IMG/VR virus record: IMGVR_UViG_3300032268_001078
Coordinates: 96,001-160,000 of that record
Source of the DNA: a virus
Reading direction: 5' to 3' (one strand)
Length of the DNA stretch: 64,000 nucleotides
Part shown: piece by piece, positions 9,738 through 19,555 of the stretch
Position numbering within the stretch: the first letter of the stretch is position 1
How the letters are laid out: the number at the start of each line of letters is the position of its first letter
Program-made: the position numbers and the translations under genes
Notes under the pieces: generated by a model
Told to the model about the DNA's origin: nothing
What the model saw: only the letters and a program-made list of their open reading frames with translations
The model's database searches: none

Positions 9738-10076
9738 TTAAGATGGTGTTTCTTCTGTTGGAATGCCTGTGATTTCAAATGTACTAGTTGGATATGAAAT
9801 TTCCAAGCTTTCTTTTACTTTTGTTGTAACATAATAAAGACATTTGTCAACTACAGTGTATCCTGTTTCCATTTTAGGAGCCTCAGCTGTATCTACATAA
9901 AACGGCCAGCAAGCAATTGAGCCAACTCCGTCTAAAAATGCTTGTTTAGATGGATACATAAAACAGTCTACAGGTATTTGAGTTCCTGCTACTGGATAAT
10001 GTAGGGTCAAACGGAAATAAGGTTGTGTGTATGTTCCGTAGTTGTAATCTAATGTATTTGTAACTTGTATTGCCAT
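9738..10076 (-). CDS. Hypothetical protein, 112 aa, possible fibre accessory
   Basis: ORF with upstream ATATTTAT motif. Confidence 0.6.
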   Translation of the reverse strand: MAIQVTNTLDYNYGTYTQPYFRLTLHYPVAGTQIPVDCFMYPSKQAFLDGVGSIACWPFYVDTAEAPKMETGYTVVDKCLYYVTTKVKESLEISYPTSTFEITGIPTEETPS

Positions 10077-10082
10077 ATAGTA

Positions 10083-10090
10083 ATAAATAT
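10083..10090 (-). promoter_or_regulatory. Class I motif ATATTTAT
   Basis: 6 nt upstream of start 10076. Confidence 0.65.
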
Positions 10091-10109
10091 GTAGAAAAAA
10101 TGTTAAATA

Positions 10110-13007
10110 TTAAGCTATTTGCTGGATGATTAGCTGTGTATTTAAATCTCCTCTAATATATTCTCCAGATTGTGCATTGGCAGCTGGTGTAGTTCTAATT
10201 TTAATATCAGTATTTACAGCAGGTGTATAAATAAAATCTAGCGTCCCATCACTTATGTTATTACTTCCATTAGTTGATTGTACTATTTCAACTGTAGGTC
10301 CTATTTGTATATTAGTACTATCATAACAAGAATACTGTAGTAAGTAAGCAGCTGCTGCTGACCATGCTAGTCTTGAAGTAATTCTATAAACTTTCCCTCC
10401 AGTTAAAGAAGCAATTCCAGTTATTGGATTATAAGGTATTCCTTTAATAACTGCAATAGTATCAAATAAAATATCTCGATTTGTCCATGTTTGTGGAAAT
10501 GGAATTGTTTGGTTTGTATTTAAGGTAACATATAAATAATCATTAGGTAATCCGTTATATGAAGATGCTGTTACTGCTCCTACAAATTGTGTATTACCTG
10601 TTTGTAAATTCATATACAATAACCCAGCATTACTTCCTCCGGTATTACTTCCTCGTAAAACTCTAAATTGGTCTTGCCAAGTATCTAACATAGAAGCAGA
10701 TGAATACAACCCTCCAGAAGCTGCAAGTAATATCTGACCTCCTTCCCCAGTTCCTCCGGCAAATGATGGATATACATTTAATGTATTTTCTGTGGATGGT
10801 GTACTTGTAATATTACCAATTGTTACTGCTTGGTTTAAGTTATTAACAAAAGAAGCTGTTAAAGCAAATGAACTACTGATTGCATTATTAGCCCATGAAC
10901 TAGTTCCGAATAAAGATCCAGTGATTGTGGGTGCAATTAAGGATCCTGTTACTGTTAACCCGTTTGTAAATCTACCTAGACCGTCATTTCTTATAATGAG
11001 TCTTGTTAATGTACCTGTTATTATTTCTAATGAACCTGAGTTGTTATTTATGTCAATTGCATTACCTCCAGCTGCTATACTTTGAATCATTGAATGATTA
11101 GTAGCATTTGATTCCAGTTTAAGGATATTTACAGATGCTGAGATATGTAATCTATTAGTTGGACTAATAGTTCCAATACCTACATTGTTGCTTGCATCTA
11201 GAACTAATTTAGGGGTATTATCTGATCCTCTTGTAAATCCGATAACAGAACCAAAAATTCCAAGACGCATTTGAGTGCTTGATCCTCCGCCCCCGATTAT
11301 ATCCAAGTATGCACTTAACGCACCAGTATTTCTAAAGTCAGCAACTACAATTTCGTTGCTGCTGACCTCTAAAGGCCTATTATTTCCGGTTGTGTTATTT
11401 AAAATAACTTTACCTGTGGTTTTAAAAGTTCCATTTAGATCTAAGTTAGTAGTTGGATTTGCAACCCCTATACCAACATTTCCACCAACATATGCTATAT
11501 TGGAGCCAGTTTGAAACCAAGGAAATGATGATGTTAAAGCAAAAGAACTACTTAAAGCATAAGAAGAACTTAATGTATAAGATGAACTTATTGTATTTGA
11601 ACTAGAAACTGCAAATGAACTACTTAAAGCAAAAGAACTACTTACTGCTCTAGATGAAGATACAGCAAATGAACTACTTACGGCATTTAACACATAACTT
11701 GCTGTTTGTGCTGTTACAATATAAGATGCTGTCACCGCATTTGACGACCAGCTTGATGTTCCAAATAATTGACCTGTGAATGATCCGGAGAACGAACCTG
11801 TATTGCTTAGAAATTGATCTACTCTATTTGCTGTTACAATAAGTGAAGGTATGCCTGGTACTACTCCAAATGCTGATTCTGCGTGTAATCGTACGTTAGC
11901 ATCAGGTGAATACCACATTAATTGAAAGTAATCATTTGCAGCAGCATTAACAAAGAAATTCCATGCTGCGACATAATGAGCACCATTACCAACTAATTGT
12001 ATAGATGTAGCAGAATCACTTATGTTAGTTCCATTTTTTCTAATCCATACCCATATCTCATCTGTTCCACTGTCTGTTTTATCTACTTGTGCTGAGAATT
12101 GTATGTCGTAAACTCCGGGATTCTCTACCTTAATATAGGTATTGAAAGGGCTTGTTGATCCAGAGATAGATACTCCATTTGAAATATCAGTCACATTCAA
12201 AGACATTGATCTAGCAGTACTTGCTACATTCGTCTGTGTTTGTGTAGAGTAAAAACTACCGTATGAACCAGTAGCTGTATTTCCGCTTCCACCTGATCCA
12301 CCAGTTGATGTAATTGTGACTTGTCCTAAGCCATTACTTGGTGATAATGTAATATTTGCTCCTGCAAGTAACTGGGTCACTCCGCCGTTCAAAGCATAAC
12401 TTGCTGTGGTAGCTTGAGAGGAAGTTCCTGTTAAATTACCTATAATAGATCCACTTACATTTAAAGAACCTGTAAGATATAACGCATTGTTATTAAGTAA
12501 TGTAAAATTACTACTACCACTAAATAAACCTCCATTATTAAACTGTAAAGAATACAAAGGACCATTTGGAACTCCACTACCAGTACTTGCTAATATAGCA
12601 TTCACTGTTACTATTCCTGTACCTCCCACAGGAGATAAAATAACATTAGTACCCGCTATAATTTGAGTAACTCCACCATTTAATGCATAAGAACTGCTCA
12701 GAGCATAAGACGCGGTACTAGCATAAGAGGCAGATATTGGTACTAATGTACTTAAATTTCTTTCAAAAGTACTATTGTCTCCTCTAGTAGCTGTTAAAAA
12801 TGGATTTGAAAAATTTAAATCAACAACAAATGATCCTGTATTTATACTACTTCCTGTAGACCTTAAATTTATTATATTTTGATTTTTATTTTGTTGTTGT
12901 TTTATAAATGCATTTCCGTCGTATGAATTAATAAGTATGTCTCCTACATTTAATTGTTTAGTAGTAGGAGTAAAATTAGGTATTTGTGTTACTTTAATTG
13001 AAGACAT
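10110..13007 (-). CDS. Fibre-like virion protein, 965 aa
   Basis: Ser/Gly/Thr-rich; TASYA, ALNGGVTQIIAG and NVGIG...P...L motifs; SSSFA tandem repeats. Confidence 0.7.
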   Translation of the reverse strand: MSSIKVTQIPNFTPTTKQLNVGDILINSYDGNAFIKQQQNKNQNIINLRSTGSSINTGSFVVDLNFSNPFLTATRGDNSTFERNLSTLVPISASYASTASYALSSSYALNGGVTQIIAGTNVILSPVGGTGIVTVNAILASTGSGVPNGPLYSLQFNNGGLFSGSSNFTLLNNNALYLTGSLNVSGSIIGNLTGTSSQATTASYALNGGVTQLLAGANITLSPSNGLGQVTITSTGGSGGSGNTATGSYGSFYSTQTQTNVASTARSMSLNVTDISNGVSISGSTSPFNTYIKVENPGVYDIQFSAQVDKTDSGTDEIWVWIRKNGTNISDSATSIQLVGNGAHYVAAWNFFVNAAANDYFQLMWYSPDANVRLHAESAFGVVPGIPSLIVTANRVDQFLSNTGSFSGSFTGQLFGTSSWSSNAVTASYIVTAQTASYVLNAVSSSFAVSSSRAVSSSFALSSSFAVSSSNTISSSYTLSSSYALSSSFALTSSFPWFQTGSNIAYVGGNVGIGVANPTTNLDLNGTFKTTGKVILNNTTGNNRPLEVSSNEIVVADFRNTGALSAYLDIIGGGGSSTQMRLGIFGSVIGFTRGSDNTPKLVLDASNNVGIGTISPTNRLHISASVNILKLESNATNHSMIQSIAAGGNAIDINNNSGSLEIITGTLTRLIIRNDGLGRFTNGLTVTGSLIAPTITGSLFGTSSWANNAISSSFALTASFVNNLNQAVTIGNITSTPSTENTLNVYPSFAGGTGEGGQILLAASGGLYSSASMLDTWQDQFRVLRGSNTGGSNAGLLYMNLQTGNTQFVGAVTASSYNGLPNDYLYVTLNTNQTIPFPQTWTNRDILFDTIAVIKGIPYNPITGIASLTGGKVYRITSRLAWSAAAAYLLQYSCYDSTNIQIGPTVEIVQSTNGSNNISDGTLDFIYTPAVNTDIKIRTTPAANAQSGEYIRGDLNTQLIIQQIA
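11521..11690 (-). repeat. In-frame 18-bp tandem repeat encoding (A-V/L-S-S-S-F/Y)n
   Basis: AVSSSFAVSSSRAVSSSFALSSSFAVSSSNTISSSYTLSSSYALSSSFALTSSF. Confidence 0.85.
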
Positions 13008-13015
13008 GGTTTAAT

Positions 13016-13023
13016 ATAAATAT
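13016..13023 (-). promoter_or_regulatory. Class I motif ATATTTAT
   Basis: 8 nt upstream of start 13007. Confidence 0.65.
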
Positions 13024-13026
13024 AAA

Positions 13027-16000
13027 TCAATATAAAGCATTCCATACTGATCCATCCCAAAAATAAGGTTTTGGAGGAATACTTGAGGATACTGCAAAAG
13101 AACCAGCTAGTATATTCACTGTAGGTAGTGGATCTTGTGGCTGTAATGTAAAAATAGCACCAGATCCAGTAATACTTAAACTACCTGATATTGATGTAAT
13201 AGATCCACTAACTGATATTCTTTGGGTACCTTGACCATCAGCAATTATAATTCTATTATTGTAAACTCCATCAGGTAAAACAACATTTGCTCCTATTATA
13301 GTATTATTTGAACCAGAAACACCAGATCCTGATATGTTATTGTATCCAATAACTGTATTGTTAGATCCAAATCTAACTCCTTGCATTGTTCTATAACCTA
13401 AAACAACATTATTTGATCCAGTGATATTTTGTAAAGATTGAAATCCAATAGATGTGTTATTTGATGTTGCTGTAGCAGAAGTTGAAATCATAGAATCAGT
13501 TCCAATTGCTAAATTACCAGCTGCTGTAGTTATTGATGATAAAGCATTAGCACCTATTGCTAAATTATCATCACCTGTTGTAATATTTCTTAAAGCACTT
13601 GAACCTATAGCGATGCTGTCTTGAGCTCCTGAACCAGATACCATTGCTTGGTATCCAATAGCAATATTATTATTTACTGTAGTTAAGAATTTTAAGGCTT
13701 CAAATCCTATTGCTATATTATTATCTCCTGATGTGACATTTGATCCAGCATCTACTCCTATAAAAATAGAAGAACCAGCGCCTGTTGCTAATTTACCAGC
13801 TCTTAATCCTATTGCTATGTTATTACCAAAACTTGTATTTGAAAATAAAGCCTCAGTTCCTATAGCAATATTATTATCACCGGTTGTAGTTGCATAAGAA
13901 GCTGAGTTTCCTATAGCTATATTATTAGTTATTGAAGTTGTACTTGCTGTAAATACATCAAAACCAATACCTATATTATTATTAGAACCATTACTAGTGA
14001 CTAAAGGCATTATATTATTGCCTAATGCAATATTTCTAAAAGTACTAGTAGCAGATACTAATGATCCTGATCCTATTGCTATATTATTTCGACCACTTAT
14101 AGCACTAGCAGCTAAATTCAATGTAGATAATGCTCTTGGATCACCTAGTACTAAATTAGTCGTATTACTACCAGATCCTTCACTTATAAAAACTCCATTA
14201 ATTCCATTTGTAGAATTTATTGTGTCTAAGTTTGCAATAGATGAAGTTAATATACCATTAATACTTGATGTTCCATTAACTATAAAATTTCCAGTAAATG
14301 GATTTGTAAATATACCTGTTAAATTAGAACCATTTCCATAATAAGCAGATGCTGATACCGCACCAATTACATTAAAGTATGTTGTTCCATTATAATTTGT
14401 ATTAAATCCTTTTATTGGTAATGCAGTAAAATTATTATTACTATCAACAGAATAACCTTGAGCAACAAAATTTAAATCAATTATATTTAGATAAGTAGTG
14501 TCTGTTTGAAAATCTAAGTAACTTAATGTGTTAGATCCAATTGCAGATACAGGATCTTCACCGTCATAGTAAGTATAAGGAAATCCCTGGTTAAATTGTA
14601 GTCTTGTATTTAATCTATTAAAAACATCAACTCCACTTTGTGCATTTCTTGATAAATTAATAAAATTAGCATCAACAGCATAATTATTGACAAGTTTACC
14701 AAATTGTAAGTATTTCTTATCTAAGTTATTATTCCCAATTATTAATAAGTTATTAATAGATGCTGTATTAGTTATAGTTAATGGTCCTCTAAATTCACTT
14801 CCTGAAGCTAAGTAAAGTGGAGATATAATTGAACTACTTACATTTAATACACCATTAACATTAGTTGTACTATTTAAATTAATAGTACCATTATTAATAG
14901 TTGATCCTGTGTTATAGTACCTAACAGATGTATCATTATCTAAACTTGAAGTTGTGATATAAGCAGTTGCTATTACTCTATTTACTAAATAGTCAGGGTC
15001 ACCACCGGTATAATAAGTAGTTGTTCCTGTTACTATACCTAAAAATTTATAATTAGGAATATTATATCCATCTGTTTGTGTTTGACTACCACTACTGTAA
15101 AATACTTTTGTTCCTATTTGAGGAAAAGAAATACTACCAGCAAATGCATCAACATAAAAAGATGAACCGGATGTAATTGAATAACTTACTGAACCTGATC
15201 CTATATCATATAATCCATCCCACTGTTGATTAATTATAGATGGTTTGTTTGAATAAGAAGTTAAGTTTATACTTGAACTATTAAAAACACTATTTTGTAT
15301 AACAGTATCATTAGTAATATTAAAATTTTGTATATCTGAATTTAAAGGTCCGTCTAAATCTATAGAACCGGATATGCGTGCTGAACCTGTGAAAGGAAAC
15401 GCTCCACCACCACCAGTTGAACTCACTGTTACATTTCCTCCACTACCTGATGTGATTAAAATATCTGCACCACCTATGATTGTTGTTACACCACCATTTA
15501 ACGCATAAGAAGCAGTTACTGCTCTTGAACTTGTTCCTAATAATGAACCAGTAAATGAAGTTGCTATTAATGATCCTGTTAATGTTAAACTTCCACTTAT
15601 AGTTGTATTACCTCTTATAGATGTACTACCACTTACAGTTGTACTACCGGTTATAGTTGTACTTCCGCTTATTATTGTATTACCTCTTATAGATGTACTA
15701 CCGGTTATAGTTGTACTTCCACTTATTATTGTATTACCTTTTACAGTTGTACTACCATTTATAGTTGTATTACCTCCTATAGTTGTATCACCATTTACAG
15801 TTGTATCACCATTTAAATTAATAGATCCAGAACCTGGGCTTGGAACTCCATTATAAAATCTAATAGTATTAGGGTATAAGTCTGGCCATGATGTTGTAGT
15901 GTATGCAATACATACAGCATAATATTTTGAGTTAGGATCTTCACCACCAATGATTTCATTGTAACTTTGTGAAACTATACCTAAAAATTTATACTCAGGA

Positions 16001-17397
16001 ATACCGTAAAAATCACTTTCACTGCCACTTAAAAATACTAAAGTTCCTACAGGGGCATTTGGTTGTGGGGTATCAGTTGGATATTCTTTAATAAAAATAA
16101 AAGTTGAACCTTCTGTAATTGAAGTAACATTACTCTCTGTAAATGTCCACTCTCTATTAAGCGTGGATGGAACTAATGAATAAGGATTTAAATTTATAAT
16201 TGCATTCTTAGACCCAGTTTGAGTAATTGTACTATTATTAATGTTAAAATTTTGTGTATTTGAATTTAAAGGACCATTTAAATCTAAACTACCTGATATA
16301 CGCGCTGAACCTGTGAAAGGAAATGATGGTGTTGTATTTAATGCAAAAGAAGCAGTTCCAAACAATGATCCAGTAATTGAATTTGCTATTAAACTTCCGC
16401 TTATATTTGTAGTACCATTTAAATTAATAATACCTAAACCTGAACCAGTATTATAAAATCTAATACTTGGAGGGGTATCATCTAAACTTGAAGTTGTAAT
16501 ATAAGCTCTTACTGACGCGAAATAATAAAAAGTTTCACCTATTTCTGTTGAACCTGTAGTTGTAACTATACCTAAAAATTTATAATTAGGAATACCATAT
16601 CCATCTGTTTGACTACCACTAATAAATACTTTTGTTCCTATTTGTGGAGGAAGTTGTCCATAAGATTCGTCTTGTAAAACATTAAAAATTGAACCTGATG
16701 TAATTGAAGTAACAGTAAAAAGTATAGGTGCTTGATTCCAATCTCTATTAATTGTAGATACTTGATTAGAAACAGTATTTAAATTTATAATTGATGGGTT
16801 ATAAATAGCATTTTGTATAAAATTATTATTATTAATATTAAAACTTTGTGTATTTGAGTTTAAAGGTCCGTTTAAATCTAAACTACCTGATATACCCGCT
16901 GATCCTGTAAAAGGAAAAGATGATCCACCACCACCTCCTCCTGAACCTGTATTAACAGTGATTGGGAATGTTGAACCATCACCCTTGGTGAAAGTTATTG
17001 TGTTTAGATTTACAGAAGCAGTTGTTAATAATGAACCAGTATTTGTACTTCCACCTCCTCCATTTAAAGCAAAGCTTGCTGTTAGAGCGTAACTTGAAGA
17101 CAAGGCTTGAGTTGAATATGATGCTGTACCAAATAAACGTCCAGTAAATGATCCAGTAAATGAACCTGTAGTGTAAGAAGAAGTAAAATTGTTAAAACTA
17201 CTTGTAGTCACAAATGATCCTGTGTTTACAATAGTTCCTCCTCCTCCACCTAAAGCAGAAGACGCTGTAATATACAATTGTCCAGAAGCTGTATCAATTA
17301 AAACAACATTTGATTGAGAGTTAGATGTTAGTCCTCTAAAAAATATAGGTCCTGATATTGTTAATGATCCTGATACTATGGGTTGAAAAATTCTCAT
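13027..17397 (-). CDS. Large modular fibre/adhesin-like virion protein, 1456 aa
   Basis: Triplicated ~160-aa module, hexapeptide beta-repeat, about 16 NxAIG YadA-type repeats near the C-terminus. Confidence 0.75.
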   Translation of the reverse strand: MRIFQPIVSGSLTISGPIFFRGLTSNSQSNVVLIDTASGQLYITASSALGGGGGTIVNTGSFVTTSSFNNFTSSYTTGSFTGSFTGRLFGTASYSTQALSSSYALTASFALNGGGGSTNTGSLLTTASVNLNTITFTKGDGSTFPITVNTGSGGGGGGSSFPFTGSAGISGSLDLNGPLNSNTQSFNINNNNFIQNAIYNPSIINLNTVSNQVSTINRDWNQAPILFTVTSITSGSIFNVLQDESYGQLPPQIGTKVFISGSQTDGYGIPNYKFLGIVTTTGSTEIGETFYYFASVRAYITTSSLDDTPPSIRFYNTGSGLGIINLNGTTNISGSLIANSITGSLFGTASFALNTTPSFPFTGSARISGSLDLNGPLNSNTQNFNINNSTITQTGSKNAIINLNPYSLVPSTLNREWTFTESNVTSITEGSTFIFIKEYPTDTPQPNAPVGTLVFLSGSESDFYGIPEYKFLGIVSQSYNEIIGGEDPNSKYYAVCIAYTTTSWPDLYPNTIRFYNGVPSPGSGSINLNGDTTVNGDTTIGGNTTINGSTTVKGNTIISGSTTITGSTSIRGNTIISGSTTITGSTTVSGSTSIRGNTTISGSLTLTGSLIATSFTGSLLGTSSRAVTASYALNGGVTTIIGGADILITSGSGGNVTVSSTGGGGAFPFTGSARISGSIDLDGPLNSDIQNFNITNDTVIQNSVFNSSSINLTSYSNKPSIINQQWDGLYDIGSGSVSYSITSGSSFYVDAFAGSISFPQIGTKVFYSSGSQTQTDGYNIPNYKFLGIVTGTTTYYTGGDPDYLVNRVIATAYITTSSLDNDTSVRYYNTGSTINNGTINLNSTTNVNGVLNVSSSIISPLYLASGSEFRGPLTITNTASINNLLIIGNNNLDKKYLQFGKLVNNYAVDANFINLSRNAQSGVDVFNRLNTRLQFNQGFPYTYYDGEDPVSAIGSNTLSYLDFQTDTTYLNIIDLNFVAQGYSVDSNNNFTALPIKGFNTNYNGTTYFNVIGAVSASAYYGNGSNLTGIFTNPFTGNFIVNGTSSINGILTSSIANLDTINSTNGINGVFISEGSGSNTTNLVLGDPRALSTLNLAASAISGRNNIAIGSGSLVSATSTFRNIALGNNIMPLVTSNGSNNNIGIGFDVFTASTTSITNNIAIGNSASYATTTGDNNIAIGTEALFSNTSFGNNIAIGLRAGKLATGAGSSIFIGVDAGSNVTSGDNNIAIGFEALKFLTTVNNNIAIGYQAMVSGSGAQDSIAIGSSALRNITTGDDNLAIGANALSSITTAAGNLAIGTDSMISTSATATSNNTSIGFQSLQNITGSNNVVLGYRTMQGVRFGSNNTVIGYNNISGSGVSGSNNTIIGANVVLPDGVYNNRIIIADGQGTQRISVSGSITSISGSLSITGSGAIFTLQPQDPLPTVNILAGSFAVSSSIPPKPYFWDGSVWNALY
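15590..15815 (-). repeat. In-frame 18-bp tandem repeat encoding a G-[SND]-T-T-[IV]-x hexapeptide
   Basis: GDTTVNGDTTIGGNTTINGSTTVKGNTIISGSTTITGSTSIRGNTIISGSTTITGSTTVSGSTSIRGNTTISGS. Confidence 0.9.
16997..17037. repeat. Exact 41-bp direct repeat, copy 1 (copy 2 at 20219..20259)
   Basis: attgtgtttagatttacagaagcagttgttaataatgaacc is identical in two different fibre genes. Confidence 0.9.
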
Positions 17398-17398
17398 T

Positions 17399-17470
17399 TT
17401 ATTTTACTGGTTGTGTTATATGACCTACTTGAATAATAGAATTATTTATTTTTATTAATGTTAATACCAT
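17399..17470 (-). CDS. Candidate 23-aa small ORF (MVLTLIKINNSIIQVGHITQPVK)
   Basis: ATG 8 nt after an ATATTTAT motif; its stop lies 1 nt before the ATG of the 1456-aa gene. Confidence 0.35.
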   Translation of the reverse strand: MVLTLIKINNSIIQVGHITQPVK

Positions 17471-17478
17471 AATATATT

Positions 17479-17486
17479 ATAAATAT
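17479..17486 (-). promoter_or_regulatory. Class I motif ATATTTAT
   Basis: 8 nt upstream of the small ORF at 17470 and 81 nt upstream of start 17397. Confidence 0.6.
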
Positions 17487-19555
17487 TATATATTTGAATA
17501 ACCGTATTCAAAAGGAATTAAATAAACATCAAAAGAACCAGTTACTGTTATTCTGTTACTTATTCCGTATTGAGTAGGAGTAGTTACTTTTGCATACATT
17601 AAATTAGTATCATCATACCAAGTTGTATTAAATTTACCTCCAATTGTAGTAGTTAATGTATATAATAATTGATTGTTTATATTATCATATATATCTACGA
17701 TATAGCCTGAGCCATCTCCGGTATAGTTGTAAATTGAGCCTGATAGAGGATAGGTGTATCTACTTAAATTCATAAATCGTTCAAACCCAAGTCTTGTTCC
17801 AAGAGTTAATATTCTAAATTGTCTATTAATCCATGGATTTAAATAACTAGAAGAAGGTGCTTCAGAGTATCTAGCAAAATAATCTTTATATTCTATTATA
17901 CTATAACTAGAACCTAACTCAACATCTGTTATAACAACATCATTATAAATATTTTTATATCCTACTCCGTTTTCATTAGGTAATATTTTAGCGTCGTAAG
18001 TATAACCTTGTGGATTTTGCACTAAATTATAAAATATATTTCCATTATCTATAATATAAGTACTACTGCTAACTGTCAAAGGAATAGAACTTGTATATAA
18101 TAAAGAAGTATTATTAACAGCACTAGTAAATGTTCTATCAGAAAAAATATGAAATTTAGTACTATTATCTATACCTGTAGAAGGCACATCAGAATGATAA
18201 TTTATTATATATAATCCAGTAACATTACTAGCATTTTGAGTTGTACTAGTTGTAAATATACTTGAAGATATTTCATTTAAACCTCTTACTAGTGTAAATC
18301 CAGAACCATATTCAGCTCCACTATCTATTCTATGTTGTACATTTTTCATACCACATATAGCGCTACCAAAATCATTGTATGTTTTAAAAGAAGATTGCCC
18401 TCCAGTTTTTATCCTTAAAGTAGTAATAGTAGCAGTATCAAACCAATTTAGACGTAAAGCGCTTTGTTTTAACTCTAAATTATTATCTAATATTCTAAAT
18501 GTTTTATCAACAAATGAAGATGAAGGTTCTACTGGATATCCTAATGGTGAATTTATATATTCAGGTATTAAAATAGTATTTAATATTTTTGATGTTGTAG
18601 TTTTATCATATTCATAAGTCACATACAACGAAGGACTAATATGTCTAAAAGCAGTAGCTGTATTAGCTGCTAAATTTAAAGAATGAGTTACTGTTGTATC
18701 TGGCAAGGAAGAAGTGGGAATACTATACATAAAACGATCAAATCTATCAGATTGTAAAGCTCTTTGTATTAAACCAAATTGATACACTGAATTATAGGTT
18801 GAGGAAGTAATTGAGGAAGTTAAAAAAATGTTTATTCCAGCACCTGTGGTTTCATTTCCTTCTATTTCTATAAAATAATCTCTTATTACCACATTAGATT
18901 CTGGTAAAAAACCACCAACACCTGTTAATTGTGGTATATAATCAATAAATGATGAAGTATTTATCCCGGTAATACCTAAAGAAGATGTTGGGCTGTTAAA
19001 TGGAATAATAGCAGTTTTTATGTAAGTGTTGTTATTATTTTCATGCTCATAAGTAGCGAATAATTTCGCTGTGTAATTATAAGCAGCACTACTAGTATTT
19101 GAAGCTGAAATTGAAGAAAGTGTTCTCCAATAAATATTTAAATCAACATCGATTGAAGAAGATTGAGCAGGTATATTAGAGTTGAAATAATTAGTAAAAT
19201 CAAAAGGTCCAAGTACCATAGACCAGTTTTCTCCACTATTTCCTATAGTGTTAGCATCACCGGCGATAGTAGATAAATAATTATAAGAAGATGTTATTGA
19301 AGATCCACTTATTTGTAATGTTATATTATATCCATTTATACTTTGAACTACAGATAGCCCGTCCATCCATCCTATTTCTACTCCAACTGATTTAAAATTT
19401 CTAGATGATGTTTCAGGGAAATATAAAGTTTTTGTTCCTAAAGAAGCAGTGATTGTGTAAAATTGGTTTGCTCCAGACCCTGTTAAAGCAGCGACAGCTG
19501 AGCTAGCTGTTAAAGTAGGCCAAGCATAATATACAGTTTTCGCAACGGTTGCCAT
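17486..19555 (-). CDS. Virion structural protein, 689 aa, beta-rich
   Basis: Long S/T/Y-rich ORF translationally coupled to the upstream fibre gene. Confidence 0.6.
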   Translation of the reverse strand: MATVAKTVYYAWPTLTASSAVAALTGSGANQFYTITASLGTKTLYFPETSSRNFKSVGVEIGWMDGLSVVQSINGYNITLQISGSSITSSYNYLSTIAGDANTIGNSGENWSMVLGPFDFTNYFNSNIPAQSSSIDVDLNIYWRTLSSISASNTSSAAYNYTAKLFATYEHENNNNTYIKTAIIPFNSPTSSLGITGINTSSFIDYIPQLTGVGGFLPESNVVIRDYFIEIEGNETTGAGINIFLTSSITSSTYNSVYQFGLIQRALQSDRFDRFMYSIPTSSLPDTTVTHSLNLAANTATAFRHISPSLYVTYEYDKTTTSKILNTILIPEYINSPLGYPVEPSSSFVDKTFRILDNNLELKQSALRLNWFDTATITTLRIKTGGQSSFKTYNDFGSAICGMKNVQHRIDSGAEYGSGFTLVRGLNEISSSIFTTSTTQNASNVTGLYIINYHSDVPSTGIDNSTKFHIFSDRTFTSAVNNTSLLYTSSIPLTVSSSTYIIDNGNIFYNLVQNPQGYTYDAKILPNENGVGYKNIYNDVVITDVELGSSYSIIEYKDYFARYSEAPSSSYLNPWINRQFRILTLGTRLGFERFMNLSRYTYPLSGSIYNYTGDGSGYIVDIYDNINNQLLYTLTTTIGGKFNTTWYDDTNLMYAKVTTPTQYGISNRITVTGSFDVYLIPFEYGYSNI

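Noticed and set aside
15590-15815. Possible CRISPR-like array
   Set aside because: 18-bp degenerate units without spacers, in frame within a CDS; no cas operon (the Cas4-like nuclease is a standard phage exonuclease)
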